Shown here one piece after another: positions 1 to 10,015 of a stretch of 64,000 bases of DNA. Below the pieces are notes generated by a model. The model saw only the letters and a list, made by a program, of their open reading frames with translations, did not search any database and was not told the DNA's origin. The stretch's first letter is position 1; each line of letters opens with the position of its first letter. The stretch is from Phycisphaerales bacterium (GTDB lineage: Bacteria > Planctomycetota > Phycisphaerae > UBA1845): contig JACKHH010000005.1 in the NCBI GenBank assembly GCA_020639095.1, forward strand, positions 56,574-120,573, read 5' to 3'. The position numbers and the translations under genes are program-made.

Positions 1-1
1 G

Positions 2-292
2 CTGTGCCATTCGCGGACGCGTGATCTTGCGGCGCTGGTGCGCGGTGCGGACATCATCATCGCTGCCGTTGGTAAACCCGAATTCATCGAAGCGGATTGG
101 GTGAAGCAGGGCGCGGTCGTCGTGGACGCGGGCTACAACCCGGGCAACGTGGGCGACGTCGACTTCGCAGGGGCTGCGGAGCGCGCATCACTGATCACCC
201 CTGTGCCTGGCGGCGTGGGTCCGATGACGATCGCGACGCTGATCGATCAGACTGCGGACGCGGCAGCGCAGCAACTGCGCGTTTCACTGTAG
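2..292 (+). CDS. folD: Bifunctional methylenetetrahydrofolate dehydrogenase/cyclohydrolase FolD, C-terminal part (5' end lies outside the window)
   Basis: The frame is open from position 2. The translation ...[28 protein letters not shown]...GYN...[14 protein letters not shown] matches conserved FolD C-terminal motifs. Stop codon at 290-292. Confidence 0.8.
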   Translation: MCHSRTRDLAALVRGADIIIAAVGKPEFIEADWVKQGAVVVDAGYNPGNVGDVDFAGAAERASLITPVPGGVGPMTIATLIDQTADAAAQQLRVSL

Positions 293-551
293 CCTTTGGA
301 ATTGGCGCAGAGTTTTATCGGGCAAACTTTCGGCCTAATCGCCGCTCACATCACGAGTTAAATCTTCAATCCAAAATCAGCCACCGCGCTAGAATTCGGC
401 GGGTAAATCGGAGAGGCGTGAATTTCTCGTCGAGGTGCCCGAGCGCTGCGTTCGCGCTCCTGACGCTCGACGATGCCCGGCGGTGATGGTGCCGCCCGGC
501 AGTGTCAGATGGCGGCGTGAAAAGCCGCCCCGACTGCAAAGGGGGTCGAGA

Positions 552-1481
552 ATGGGCCTGTCTCGTCGTGGTTTCTTCCACACGCTGGGCGTCGTGGGGG
601 GCGGGACGCTCGCCAGCGCAACCTGCGCACGAGCCTCATCTGCCGGTCCGCAACGCGACCATTCCAACGACATGGGTGTGCTCGTCGATGTCACCAAGTG
701 CATCGGGTGTCGCCGCTGTGAGTACGCATGTCAGGAGGCGGCAGGGTTTGATCCCCCCGATATCGAATCATTCGAGGACAAGTCGGTGTTCGATGAGCAG
801 CGCCGACCAGTTGCACGCAGCCACACGGTGATCAACCGCTACAGCCGGCCCGACGGTTCGGGCCCGGTGTACAACAAGTTCAACTGCCTGCACTGCCTCG
901 ATCCCGCGTGTGCGTCCGCGTGTCTGGTCAGTGCATTCACCAAGAACGATACCGGACCGGTGGTGTACGATCCGAGTCGCTGCATGGGTTGTCGCTACTG
1001 CATGGTGGCGTGTCCGTTTGAGATTCCCACATACGACTACGACTATCCGCTGACGCCGCAGGTGCGCAAGTGCAACCTGTGCGCTCATCGTGTACCCAGC
1101 GAGCAGGAGTTGCCCGCGTGCGTGAAGATCTGCCCGGCAGAGGTGATGACCTACGGTCGGCGCGGTGATCTGCTCGAACTCGCGCACGAACGCATCGCGA
1201 ACAATCCGGACGTATACATCGATCACATCTACGGCGAGCACGAAGCCGGGGGCACGAGTTGGATGTGGATTTCCAACGTGCCCTTCGAGGAAATCGGTTT
1301 CCACAAAGTTGACAGCAAAGCGCCGCCGCGACGCACCGAGGCCATTCAGCACGGTGTTTTCAAGAATTTCCTGCCGCCGCTGATGTGGTACGGACTGCTC
1401 GGCGCGGCGATGTGGTTGACGCGGCCTGAGAAGAACGACGAATCGAAAGAGGGCGACCAGCACGCGGAGGTTCAATCGTGA
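552..1481 (+). CDS. Tat-exported 4Fe-4S ferredoxin-type subunit, NrfC/PsrB/HybA-like iron-sulfur protein
   Basis: AAAGGGGG ribosome-binding site at 539-546 and ATG at 552. Twin-arginine signal SRRGFFHTLGVVGGG. Several Cys clusters (CIGCRRCEYAC, CLHCLDPACASAC, CMGCRYCMVACP, CNLCAHRV...C..CP). The stop overlaps the next gene's start (1478). Confidence 0.85.
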   Translation: MGLSRRGFFHTLGVVGGGTLASATCARASSAGPQRDHSNDMGVLVDVTKCIGCRRCEYACQEAAGFDPPDIESFEDKSVFDEQRRPVARSHTVINRYSRPDGSGPVYNKFNCLHCLDPACASACLVSAFTKNDTGPVVYDPSRCMGCRYCMVACPFEIPTYDYDYPLTPQVRKCNLCAHRVPSEQELPACVKICPAEVMTYGRRGDLLELAHERIANNPDVYIDHIYGEHEAGGTSWMWISNVPFEEIGFHKVDSKAPPRRTEAIQHGVFKNFLPPLMWYGLLGAAMWLTRPEKNDESKEGDQHAEVQS

Positions 1482-2674
1482 GCGCGCATCATCATCCACC
1501 CCAGCCGATGAACCAGAAGCTGATCACGCCCGGCGTGCTGGTGCTGCTGATCCTGACCGGGATCGGTGTGTGCTTTGCGATCTGGCGTTTCATTTTCGGC
1601 ATCGGCTCGATTACAAACCTGGACAATCAGCATCCGTGGGGCATCTGGATCGCGATCGACGTGGCGACGGGCGTGGCGCTGGCGGCGGGTGGTTTCACAA
1701 CGGCTGCCCTGGCGCACATTTTCCATCGCGAGCACTATCACGCGGTGGTGCGGCCCGCACTGCTGACGGCGATGCTCGGGTACACGTTTGTGGGTCTCGG
1801 CTTGATGATTGACCTGGGTCGCTTCTACAACATCTGGCACCCGATTGTGCCGGCGATGTGGAGCGGTCACTCGGTGCTGTTCGAGGTCGGTTTGTGCGTG
1901 ATGTGCTACCTCACGGTGTTGTACATTGAGTTTTTGCCGATCGTGTGCGAGCGGTTGGAGAAGGAAGAGCGCTGGCCGCGTGTTCGCGTGTTCTGCATGA
2001 AGCTGAACGGGCTGGTCGGCAGGATCATGTTCTTCTTCATCATCGCGGGCGTCGTGCTCTCGTGTCTGCATCAGTCGTCGCTGGGCAACCTGATGGTGCT
2101 CGCCCCGTCGAAGATGCACGACCTGTGGGATACGCCGATTCTGTCGCTGCTATTCCTGCTTTCGGCATTCGCGGTCGGTTTTCCGATGGTGATCGTCGAG
2201 TCGATGGTGGCGTCGCGGTCGTTCAAGCTTAAACCGGAGATGCACATCCTCAGCCCCCTGGCGAAATTCGTGCCGGTATTGCTGGGGATATACCTTGGGT
2301 TCAAGGTGGGCGACCTCGCGGTGCGCGACAAGCTGAGCCTCATCGGCGAAGGCTCACCGCAGGCGACGATGTTCGTCGTTGAGATGGTGTTTGGGGTGAT
2401 CGCGCCGTTCATCATGCTGCTGTTCGCCCGCGTGCGAAAATCGCCGACGGGGTTGTTCATTGCGGCGCTCATGATCGTACTGGGCGTTGCGCTTAACCGA
2501 ATCAACGTATTCCTCGTCGCGTTTCAGCCGTTGTACCCGCAGAAGACCTACTTCCCGTCGATCGGAGAAGTGGCGGTGACCGTCGGTTTGATCTCGCTGC
2601 TGATCTTCTGTTATCGCGTCATCGTCAATTACTTCCCAGTTATCAGCCACCCCGGCCAAGCGAGAGCGACATGA
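1478..2674 (+). CDS. NrfD/PsrC-family polytopic membrane protein, quinol-interacting subunit
   Basis: 398 aa, highly hydrophobic with about 8-10 predicted TM helices. Translationally coupled to the upstream Fe-S gene and the downstream cytochrome gene (4-nt overlaps). This is the arrangement typical of NrfCD/PsrBC modules. Confidence 0.8.
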   Translation: MSAHHHPPQPMNQKLITPGVLVLLILTGIGVCFAIWRFIFGIGSITNLDNQHPWGIWIAIDVATGVALAAGGFTTAALAHIFHREHYHAVVRPALLTAMLGYTFVGLGLMIDLGRFYNIWHPIVPAMWSGHSVLFEVGLCVMCYLTVLYIEFLPIVCERLEKEERWPRVRVFCMKLNGLVGRIMFFFIIAGVVLSCLHQSSLGNLMVLAPSKMHDLWDTPILSLLFLLSAFAVGFPMVIVESMVASRSFKLKPEMHILSPLAKFVPVLLGIYLGFKVGDLAVRDKLSLIGEGSPQATMFVVEMVFGVIAPFIMLLFARVRKSPTGLFIAALMIVLGVALNRINVFLVAFQPLYPQKTYFPSIGEVAVTVGLISLLIFCYRVIVNYFPVISHPGQARAT

Positions 2675-3933
2675 ACGCCCGCAAGAGCATTGAACGGTTT
2701 TACTCGCGGCACCTGATCGGTTGCGTGTTGCTGATCGGAGGCTTGTCTCTGATCGGCGCCGTGCGTGCATCCGCACAGACGCAGGACAACGCACCGGTAG
2801 ATACGCCCGCACCCTCACCGCACGGCGCGGAGATCGCGGCGAAGGACTGCGCGAACTGCCACACCTGCGAGAAGCCGACGACCGACGAGCCGTGCTTGTT
2901 GCCGTGTTCGCGGCCCTCAACGGTAGCGATCGGACAGGCATTCAAGAGCAAAACAGGTCCCGACGTGGTGATCCTCGGTGAAATCGCGGACCGCTACCTC
3001 CCTGTGCCGTTCGACCACAAGGGGCACGCAGCCATGGCGGACATGACGCACGGTTGCGACGTGTGTCATCACTACACGCCGGAAGGGCTCGCGCACCCCG
3101 CGTGCAAGACGTGTCATGAGCTGAATCCCAAGCGCGTCGACATGCGCAAACCGAGCCTCAAAGGTGCGTATCACCGGCAGTGCATGAGCTGTCACCGCGA
3201 GTGGAGCGGAAACACCGAGTGCGGCGCGTGCCACGTGGAAACGGCGGACGCCAATGGCAACAAATCCGCGGTGCCGTCCAAGGACGACCTGATCGGCAGG
3301 ATGCACCCCCCGATTCAGGAACCGGAACTCCGCATTTACAAGACGAAGCTGGAAGGTCGCCCCAGCGCCGAAGTGCTCTTCCGTCACAAGGAGCACATTG
3401 ATCGTTATGGGATTTCCTGCGCGGAGTGCCATCGCGAGGACGGCTGCCAGCGCTGCCACAGCGATCAGAAGCAGCCCGAGCGCGTGCGTACGCTGGCCGA
3501 TCATCACAACCCGTGCGCTCGTTGCCACATGGATGTTGATCCGGCGAAAGAAGGCGCGAGTTGCGATGTGTGTCACTACGATCGGCGTACCGGCCCGCCG
3601 CGTCCATTCGAGCATCGCGTGAGCGATCTGCCGCTGATCAAGTATCACGCGGGTAACAGCTGTCGCGATTGCCACACGTCGCTGCCGTTCCAAAAGCTCG
3701 ATCGCGAATGCGGAACGTGTCACAAGGGCTGGTCGCAGGAGACTTTCGACCACGCAGCCGTTACCGGACAGACCCTCGACGACAATCACAAGGAAAACGA
3801 CTGTGCGGATTGCCACGTGGACCAGAAATACACGGTTCCGCCGGCGTGTGGTGAGTGCCACGACGAGGACGACGAACCGGTCATTCGTTTCCCCGATCGG
3901 CGGCCCGGTCCTTGGCGTCGGGCACCGTCGTAA
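2671..3933 (+). CDS. Multiheme c-type cytochrome, 13 CxxCH motifs, Sec signal peptide
   Basis: N-terminal signal LLIGGLSLIGAVRASAQ. Thirteen CxxCH sites counted by eye (CANCH, CDVCH, CKTCH, CMSCH, CGACH, CAECH, CQRCH, CARCH, CDVCH, CRDCH, CGTCH, CADCH, CGECH). Overlaps the NrfD-like gene by 4 nt. Confidence 0.85.
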   Translation: MNARKSIERFYSRHLIGCVLLIGGLSLIGAVRASAQTQDNAPVDTPAPSPHGAEIAAKDCANCHTCEKPTTDEPCLLPCSRPSTVAIGQAFKSKTGPDVVILGEIADRYLPVPFDHKGHAAMADMTHGCDVCHHYTPEGLAHPACKTCHELNPKRVDMRKPSLKGAYHRQCMSCHREWSGNTECGACHVETADANGNKSAVPSKDDLIGRMHPPIQEPELRIYKTKLEGRPSAEVLFRHKEHIDRYGISCAECHREDGCQRCHSDQKQPERVRTLADHHNPCARCHMDVDPAKEGASCDVCHYDRRTGPPRPFEHRVSDLPLIKYHAGNSCRDCHTSLPFQKLDRECGTCHKGWSQETFDHAAVTGQTLDDNHKENDCADCHVDQKYTVPPACGECHDEDDEPVIRFPDRRPGPWRRAPS

Positions 3934-4173
3934 CTTCAATTGCCAACTAACCTAGCGGCGATTCTCGTGTCTCCCTGTGAAAAGGCGGCGCGCGGTGCGC
4001 CGCCTGCTGGGGTGTTTGGCCCGCGCCGGTCGATCTTTACGGGCTCGTGGGCGCGTATTATGATCCCGGCAGTGCCGGAGTGGATTTGTGGACACGGTTA
4101 TGATGTGAAGATCACGAACCGTGGAGTGTCGACAACCGTCAATCGAAATAACAAAAGCAGAGGAGGCACGAAC

Positions 4174-4848
4174 ATGAGATCGATCCGGGTTATGGCAATC
4201 GTGGGACTGGTCGCCGCACTCGTGTGCGCGATGCAGTGGTCAACAACACCGGCGCAGGCGGGCGAGGGCACGACGATCTCGTCAGCGGCCGTCATCGCTG
4301 TGCTGGCCAGCGACGACAAGTACGAGTTCGAGGGCTCGAAGTCGTGCAAGAAGTGCCACATCAAGACATACAAGTCGTGGGAAGATACGCCGCACGCGAA
4401 GGCGCTCGAAACCTTAAAGCCGGGCAACGCCACCGAAGAGAAGGAAAAGCACAACCTCGATGCGGCGAAGGACTATTCGACCGATGAGAAGTGCCTCGCC
4501 TGCCACACCGTCGGTTACGGCAAGGCCGGTGGCTACGCGGTTCCCGACTCCGAGGACAAGAAGGCCGTCAAGGACGCTGAAGAGCGCGCGGGCGTGGGTT
4601 GCGAATCGTGCCACGGCGCGAGCAGCGGCTACATGGACCTGAAGGCCGAGATCAAGAAGGAAAAGCGTAAATACAAAACGTCGGAGCTGACGGCGCTTGG
4701 TCTGGTCGTGCCGACGGCTGAGACCTGCACGAAGTGCCACACCGAGGATCACCCGACGTTCGATCCGGAAGACAAGTTCGACTTCGACAAGATGAAAGAG
4801 AAGGGCCTGCACGAGATGGAAGGCCTGGAGCTGCGCGAGGACGAGTAA
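4174..4848 (+). CDS. Periplasmic tetraheme c-type cytochrome
   Basis: AGGAGG at 4161-4166 and ATG at 4174. Signal peptide MRSIRVMAIVGLVAALVCA. Four CxxCH sites (CKKCH, CLACH, CESCH, CTKCH). The ORF-track start at 3940 is a spurious 5' extension. Confidence 0.8.
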   Translation: MRSIRVMAIVGLVAALVCAMQWSTTPAQAGEGTTISSAAVIAVLASDDKYEFEGSKSCKKCHIKTYKSWEDTPHAKALETLKPGNATEEKEKHNLDAAKDYSTDEKCLACHTVGYGKAGGYAVPDSEDKKAVKDAEERAGVGCESCHGASSGYMDLKAEIKKEKRKYKTSELTALGLVVPTAETCTKCHTEDHPTFDPEDKFDFDKMKEKGLHEMEGLELREDE

Positions 4849-4894
4849 TCGCGTCCGCGACGCGGTTCACGCAGCAAGTTGTGACACCATCGGC

Positions 4895-4930
4895 GGCAGG
4901 GTTTGCAAGAGCAGACCCTGCCGTTTTTGT
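4895..4930 (+). terminator. Rho-independent terminator closing the 552-4848 cytochrome operon
   Basis: GGCAGGGT-(12 nt)-ACCCTGCC stem followed by GTTTTTGTG. Confidence 0.7.
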
Positions 4931-5059
4931 GTATCGGGTGCCAGCCGAGCGGTTGACGCGCGGTTGCCTGGATCGGTTCGAGGCGGTAGGGACAATTGGT
5001 GGTTGTAGCGCAAGAATCGGTTCTGCAGTCGCATATCGGTTCGAATTTCGCGGCGAGTC

Positions 5060-5299
5060 ATGGATAAGACGAGATTGCAGAATCTGCGGACGCAGTCGAT
5101 TCGAGCGTTGCCAGTTTGCGCAGTATTGCTGGTCTTGGTTGCGGGATTGCTGTTCGTCATCGGTCGGTATGTGACGATTCCGAGGTGGCTTGCCGCCGCA
5201 ATGTTGGGCGTGGGGATATTCACCGTTGCAGGCGATGCGATCAACATCGTTTACCTGACGCGCAGGCTGCGGCGCGTTGATCGCCGCGATACGGAATAG
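5060..5299 (+). CDS. Small hypothetical membrane protein (79 aa, 2 TM)
   Basis: ATG-initiated ORF with two hydrophobic helices (LPVCAVLLVLVAGLLFVIG, AAAMLGVGIFTVAG). Weak ribosome-binding site. Could be a spurious ORF. Confidence 0.3.
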   Translation: MDKTRLQNLRTQSIRALPVCAVLLVLVAGLLFVIGRYVTIPRWLAAAMLGVGIFTVAGDAINIVYLTRRLRRVDRRDTE

Positions 5300-5344
5300 C
5301 CATGCGTTACGCAGGAGAGCAGGGGAGACCGACCACGGTCGTCG

Positions 5345-6478
5345 CTACGGCAACCCGATTCCGATGGCATACAGGCTGATGTGCTTCTCGCCGAGGCTGT
5401 TGGCGACGAAGAGGTAGTATTGTGCCTCGAAGTTGTCGGGCACCAGTGCAGCGATGCCTGGCGGCAACGATTCGGCGACTGCGACGCCGACCGGCATGGG
5501 CGTGGCGCCGATGCCTTCATCTTCGCCGAGAAGCATGAGCAACTGGCCCTGCGCGTTGAACACGTGTACGCGGGAGAATTCGGGGTCGGCGACAAAGATG
5601 ACGCCATCCGGTCCCACCGCGAGGTGCCGGGGTTTTCCCATGTCGCCGTAACGATCGCCGGGCTGGCCCATGCTGATAAGCGGGCTGCCATCGGGCGTGA
5701 AGCCCTGGACCCGGCTGTTCATCATGTCGGAAACGAAGATGTTGCCCGCGCCGTCGACCGCGACACCCGCAGGGTAGTACAGCTTGCCCGCGTCGCTGCC
5801 CACGCCGCCGAACGACGAACGGGCTGCACCGCCGGGTATATCGAACACATCGATCTGGTGTGCCGCAACATCGGCGGCGAGCAGGGCTCCTGGGCGCGCC
5901 GCGATCGCGACGGGTCGGTACGCATCGCGACCGGCATTGAAGCGGTGCGGGTCCGCCCCCGGGGCGATGGCGACGATGTCGCCGCGATCCGCGTCCGCGA
6001 CGTACACGTTCCCATCGGCATCGGCGGCAACCGCCACCGGCTTTCCAAATGCGAGGTCGTCACCATTACCGAGCTTGCGAGCCTTACCGCTTTCCAAATC
6101 CCAATCATGCACCACGTTGGCGCCGGGGTCGCAGATGTACAGGTGATTGTCGCGGTACGCGATGCCGGCGGGGCGGGCGACGAACGGGCTCGCCAAACCG
6201 CCGCGCAGTGTGTCGGTCCAATGTTCGCCCACCCGCACCAGATCGTCCAGCGCGTTGAACGTTTTCAGGTGGACGACGTGGGCTGTTGCGTTCTTCGGGA
6301 AGTACGCGAGATCAGCCGTGATCGGTCGCGAAGCACAGCCCGTCAGAATCGAGACGCAAAGAGCGCCCGCGAACAGGCTCAAGCAGCGCGAACGGGCTCG
6401 CGACGTGGAAGACTTGATTGCGGATCGATCGGCGATGGGGCGGTTTCGCACGGTTATTTCCTGTGGCAGGTGAGGCAC
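5345..6478 (-). CDS. NHL-repeat (six-bladed beta-propeller) lipoprotein
   Basis: Lipobox LTGCAS after a hydrophobic signal. Repeated NHL-type blades (YICDPGANVVHDWD, VYVADADRGDIV, IFVSDMMNSRVQGF, IFVADPEFSRVHVF). Its start overlaps the end of the upstream cytochrome gene. Confidence 0.8.
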   Translation of the reverse strand: MPHLPQEITVRNRPIADRSAIKSSTSRARSRCLSLFAGALCVSILTGCASRPITADLAYFPKNATAHVVHLKTFNALDDLVRVGEHWTDTLRGGLASPFVARPAGIAYRDNHLYICDPGANVVHDWDLESGKARKLGNGDDLAFGKPVAVAADADGNVYVADADRGDIVAIAPGADPHRFNAGRDAYRPVAIAARPGALLAADVAAHQIDVFDIPGGAARSSFGGVGSDAGKLYYPAGVAVDGAGNIFVSDMMNSRVQGFTPDGSPLISMGQPGDRYGDMGKPRHLAVGPDGVIFVADPEFSRVHVFNAQGQLLMLLGEDEGIGATPMPVGVAVAESLPPGIAALVPDNFEAQYYLFVANSLGEKHISLYAIGIGLP

Positions 6479-7113
6479 AGGGCGCTGCCCGCGTTGCTCA
6501 TCACCAGCATGTGGTTGTAGCCGGATTCGTTATGCGGATCGTGGCACGAGAGGCACTCGACATATCCGTCGGGCAGCACGACCGCGCCGCTCGAAGTCAC
6601 GCGCGTGACCGGGTGATAGTCGTGCCCAAACCCGGGATAGGGAATTCCCACCGGATGGTTCGACCGGCCATGGCCCGCGACGCGCGTGCTCGGATGGAAC
6701 GTGTTCACCGGGCGCTCTTCGGAGATCGTCGGGATCATGTCGCTGGCGAGCGCACCGTCGTGGCAGCGCAGGCAAGTCAGCGTACCGGCACCCGGGTCGA
6801 AAATGCGACCCGCAAGGCGACGTCTGCCCGTGGGGTCGTTCGTCGTGGACATGTCGCGACGATTGAGCCGGCGCGTTTGCGCGGCTGTCGTGCCGAAACG
6901 GCGCGAGAGGTCGGCATTGGGATTCCACAACGGCCCCTGCTTGGGTGGTGTTTCCTGGTGGGGCGTGTGGCACGCGCCGCAGTTGTCATCCTTGGACCAC
7001 GCGGCGTTACTGAAATCGTGTTTGGAACCCTTGATGCCCGCCGTCGCGATGCCGGCGATCAGCAGCAGCGCACCCGGCAGGACGAGTTTCGAAATCCTAG
7101 CCGCTCGCTTCAT
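6454..7113 (-). CDS. Tetraheme c-type cytochrome (periplasmic)
   Basis: ATG at 7113..7111 sits in an ATGA overlap with the stop of the upstream 12-heme gene. Signal MKRAARISKLVLPGALLLIAGIATA. Four CxxCH sites (CGACH, CLRCH, CLSCH, CLTCH). The ORF-track start at 7380 is an antisense 5' extension. Confidence 0.8.
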   Translation of the reverse strand: MKRAARISKLVLPGALLLIAGIATAGIKGSKHDFSNAAWSKDDNCGACHTPHQETPPKQGPLWNPNADLSRRFGTTAAQTRRLNRRDMSTTNDPTGRRRLAGRIFDPGAGTLTCLRCHDGALASDMIPTISEERPVNTFHPSTRVAGHGRSNHPVGIPYPGFGHDYHPVTRVTSSGAVVLPDGYVECLSCHDPHNESGYNHMLVMSNAGSALCLTCHRK

Positions 7114-8918
7114 CGGTTCGCTCCCGTAATGCTCCTGCGGGTGCTCGTAACCCCTTTGGCTGAGCCGGTGCCCGCGTACGGATACCCAATGTGCGTCGAG
7201 CCGTGGCAGACCAACGTGCAGTTGCCCGCCAAACGACCCGTGTCTTCGTATTGCAGCAGACGACCAGTGCCGGTATCGGCTGCACTGACCACTGAAAGAT
7301 CGAAGTTGATCAGGTTGCTGTGATTGTTCGCATTGCCCTGACCGCGATAGACGCCGTGCGCGTCGTGGCACACACTGCACGGCGTGCGGAAGTCGACGAC
7401 GTGCCGGCGATGCAGCGGGAAGCTCTCATTGTTGAGGATGCTGTCGCGGCTGTGGCAACTGTAGCAGAGCGAGTACGCGTCAGCGCTTTCCGCGGTGAAG
7501 TCCGCTGTTTCATAGTTGCGAACGAGCAGCGGTTCATACAGCGAACCGTGCGGACCGTTGGCCCCGGTACCACCGGCGAAGCGCGCGTTGTCGCTGTTGT
7601 GGCAGTCGATGCACGTCACTGTGCTGCCGACACGCAGCGGGGCGATGAGGCTTACCACGTCGTTGTTGCGCCGTGGCCCAGCGACCGGGTGGAATGACGG
7701 GTTCGACGTCTGGAACTCGAGTCGCGTGTTCGTCTGCGTGACCTGCCGCGAATTCGCCTGTCGCGGCCGCAGCACACCGTCGCTGTGGCACTTGAAGCAG
7801 ATCTCGTAGCCGAACTGGGCTTCATCGATCGCGCGTCCGGTGATGGTGATGCCGTTCACACCGACGTTCGGACCCTTCACGGTCTGGCCGAGTGTGCCCT
7901 GCACGGCGCCGATGTTCCGCTCACGCGAGGCATGCGGATTATGGCAATCGACGCACTCGGCGTGCCGTGACATGTTAAAGGGCGTTTCCTCCGGATCGTG
8001 GATGCCGGTGCGCCAGCGGCTGTCGTGATTGCTGCGCTTGCCGAGATCGGCAGCGATGTTGTAACGCGCGACGTCGCCGCTGTGGCAGTTCAGGCAGTTG
8101 TCCTCCTCACGCTGGAAACGCAGCAGCCGTTCGCGCTGCGGCGCGGAGTGGATCTTGTGGCAACTCGCGCACGCGTTGTCCGCGACCGTCGAATACTTGA
8201 GTCGCTCACGCGGATCGACCGCACGCCCGCTGATCGTCTTCTTGCTCAGACCGTGCGCGCCGTGGCGCCAGCCGTTCATCTCGTGGCAGGAGACGCAGAT
8301 CGCGGACATCTGATCGGTGACGCGAAGGAACTCGCCGAGTTCGTTGTTGTGCGGATCGTGGCAGGTCGTGCAATGTACTTCGGCATGCACGCCCAGCGGC
8401 AACTCGCGCGAGACCACCTCGGGCGGACGGATTTCGCTGTCGACGTTGGCAAGCTGACGATCGTAACGGAACCCGATGGGGTGATCGTCTGAGAGGTCGT
8501 TGGTGAGATCGCTGTTCGCGTCGAACCGGCCCGGGGGCATGGTCCGCGCGGTCATGACGATCGGCTCGGTGATCGGACGCGAAAGCACGTTGCCCAGCGC
8601 GAGCGAACCGTCGTGACAGCTCAGGCACATTTTCGACGGGCCCGACGGCTGATCGATGCGCGCGTCGGTCGTCGAGCTTTCGTAGATGCGGTAGTAAAGC
8701 TGCGGATCCTCACGGTTCCACAGCGGCGTTTGCGGGGCTGCGTTGTGCGGCGTGTGGCAGAAGATGCACACCTCGTCCTCGTGGACAGCCCGGATACGAT
8801 TCGGCCCGCGCGCTGAGAGATCGTGCGGCGAGTTGACCACGGACTCGTCCGCGTAGGCGGCTGACGCGATCAGCCACACGATTCCACAGCCCATTGCTCG
8901 AAGCGCGACGTGCTTCAT
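7110..8918 (-). CDS. Dodecaheme c-type cytochrome (602 aa), Sec signal
   Basis: Signal MKHVALRAMGCGIVWLIASAAYA. Twelve CxxCH sites counted (CIFCH, CLSCH, CTTCH, CVSCH, CASCH, CLNCH, CVDCH, CFKCH, CIDCH, CYSCH, CSVCH, CTLCH). ATGA overlap with the NHL gene upstream (8915-8918). Confidence 0.85.
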   Translation of the reverse strand: MKHVALRAMGCGIVWLIASAAYADESVVNSPHDLSARGPNRIRAVHEDEVCIFCHTPHNAAPQTPLWNREDPQLYYRIYESSTTDARIDQPSGPSKMCLSCHDGSLALGNVLSRPITEPIVMTARTMPPGRFDANSDLTNDLSDDHPIGFRYDRQLANVDSEIRPPEVVSRELPLGVHAEVHCTTCHDPHNNELGEFLRVTDQMSAICVSCHEMNGWRHGAHGLSKKTISGRAVDPRERLKYSTVADNACASCHKIHSAPQRERLLRFQREEDNCLNCHSGDVARYNIAADLGKRSNHDSRWRTGIHDPEETPFNMSRHAECVDCHNPHASRERNIGAVQGTLGQTVKGPNVGVNGITITGRAIDEAQFGYEICFKCHSDGVLRPRQANSRQVTQTNTRLEFQTSNPSFHPVAGPRRNNDVVSLIAPLRVGSTVTCIDCHNSDNARFAGGTGANGPHGSLYEPLLVRNYETADFTAESADAYSLCYSCHSRDSILNNESFPLHRRHVVDFRTPCSVCHDAHGVYRGQGNANNHSNLINFDLSVVSAADTGTGRLLQYEDTGRLAGNCTLVCHGSTHIGYPYAGTGSAKGVTSTRRSITGANR

Positions 8919-10015
8919 GACCTGTTCCCGAGATAGTCAAACACCTGGATGCGGTGATTCGCGGAATCCGCCACCCAGATTCGATTGTTTTCGTCGATCG
9001 CCAGACCTGCGGGCAGGGCGAACTTGCCCGCGGTGTTGCCTTCCTGGCCGAAGGCGATCAACAAGGCTCCATTCTGATTGAACACCTGTACGTTCTCGAA
9101 CTGCGCGTCAACAACGTACAAATGCCTGTCGCCGTCGAACGCGACGCCCTTGGGCAGCGCGAAGTCCCCGGCAGCGTCGCCCTTGCGCCCGATCGCGCCG
9201 ACGAAATTGCCGTCGAGATCGAGTAGCTGCACGCGGAAGTTCGCGGAATCCGCTACTGCGATGCGCTCCGCGCCGTCCCAGGCGATGTGCGTGGGGCGGT
9301 TGAACGCGCCTCCGTCATTGCCGGGCCTGCCGATGCGGCGAATCAGTCTACCCGACGGGCTGAAGACGACGATGTCATTCGTGCCGCCGTCGACGACGTA
9401 AAGCTGATCACGCGTCGCGACGTATGCCAAGCCCACCGGCCTGTCCAACACGTCCGCACCGAAACGATGCCGCATATCACCGGCTTCGTCAAACTCAAGC
9501 ACTTCGCGGCGCTTGGCATCGGTAACAAAGATGCGACTGCCCACGAAACAAGCGCCGATCGGCGCGCCCAAGCGCTGGTCTTCCCAGCCAGTGACGAGGC
9601 GGTGCGTTCGCTCCACCAGGTTCACAATGTGCACGCCCGCAACGCCGACGTCCGCAACCGCGAGCAAGGGGCCCTTGCGTGCGAGCGAATGCGGCGACGA
9701 AAACTTGATCGGGCGACGGTTGCCGCGAAGCGCGGCTTGAAACGCTTCGCCACCGGACTTGCCGGCTTCCAGGTCGTCGCTACCGCTCAGCACGCCGACA
9801 AAACGAATGCGTGCGGGCTCGGGCGGTTTCGGCCAGACGCGCGTTTCGCCGCGCTGGCTGAAGAGTTCGCCCTTGGGTTGCGCGCATCCGGTGAACAACG
9901 TTGCGGCCAATACCGCTGCGAAAGCCCTCGTTGTTCTCCGCTCCCTGACAGTCGCGGCTCGGATTTTGCTTGCTCCTGCGCGCATCTGTTTGAGATTAGT
10001 TCCGCGCCAGGACAT
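8915..10015 (-). CDS. NHL-repeat beta-propeller lipoprotein
   Basis: Lipobox LFTGCAQ. NHL blades (IFVTDAKRREVLEFD, LYVVDGGTNDIVVF, IAVADSANFRVQLLD, LYVVDAQFENVQVFN, IWVADSANHRIQVFD). Overlaps the end of the beta-barrel gene by about 20 nt. Contains one copy of the 35-nt repeat (9931-9965). Confidence 0.8.
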   Translation of the reverse strand: MSWRGTNLKQMRAGASKIRAATVRERRTTRAFAAVLAATLFTGCAQPKGELFSQRGETRVWPKPPEPARIRFVGVLSGSDDLEAGKSGGEAFQAALRGNRRPIKFSSPHSLARKGPLLAVADVGVAGVHIVNLVERTHRLVTGWEDQRLGAPIGACFVGSRIFVTDAKRREVLEFDEAGDMRHRFGADVLDRPVGLAYVATRDQLYVVDGGTNDIVVFSPSGRLIRRIGRPGNDGGAFNRPTHIAWDGAERIAVADSANFRVQLLDLDGNFVGAIGRKGDAAGDFALPKGVAFDGDRHLYVVDAQFENVQVFNQNGALLIAFGQEGNTAGKFALPAGLAIDENNRIWVADSANHRIQVFDYLGNRS

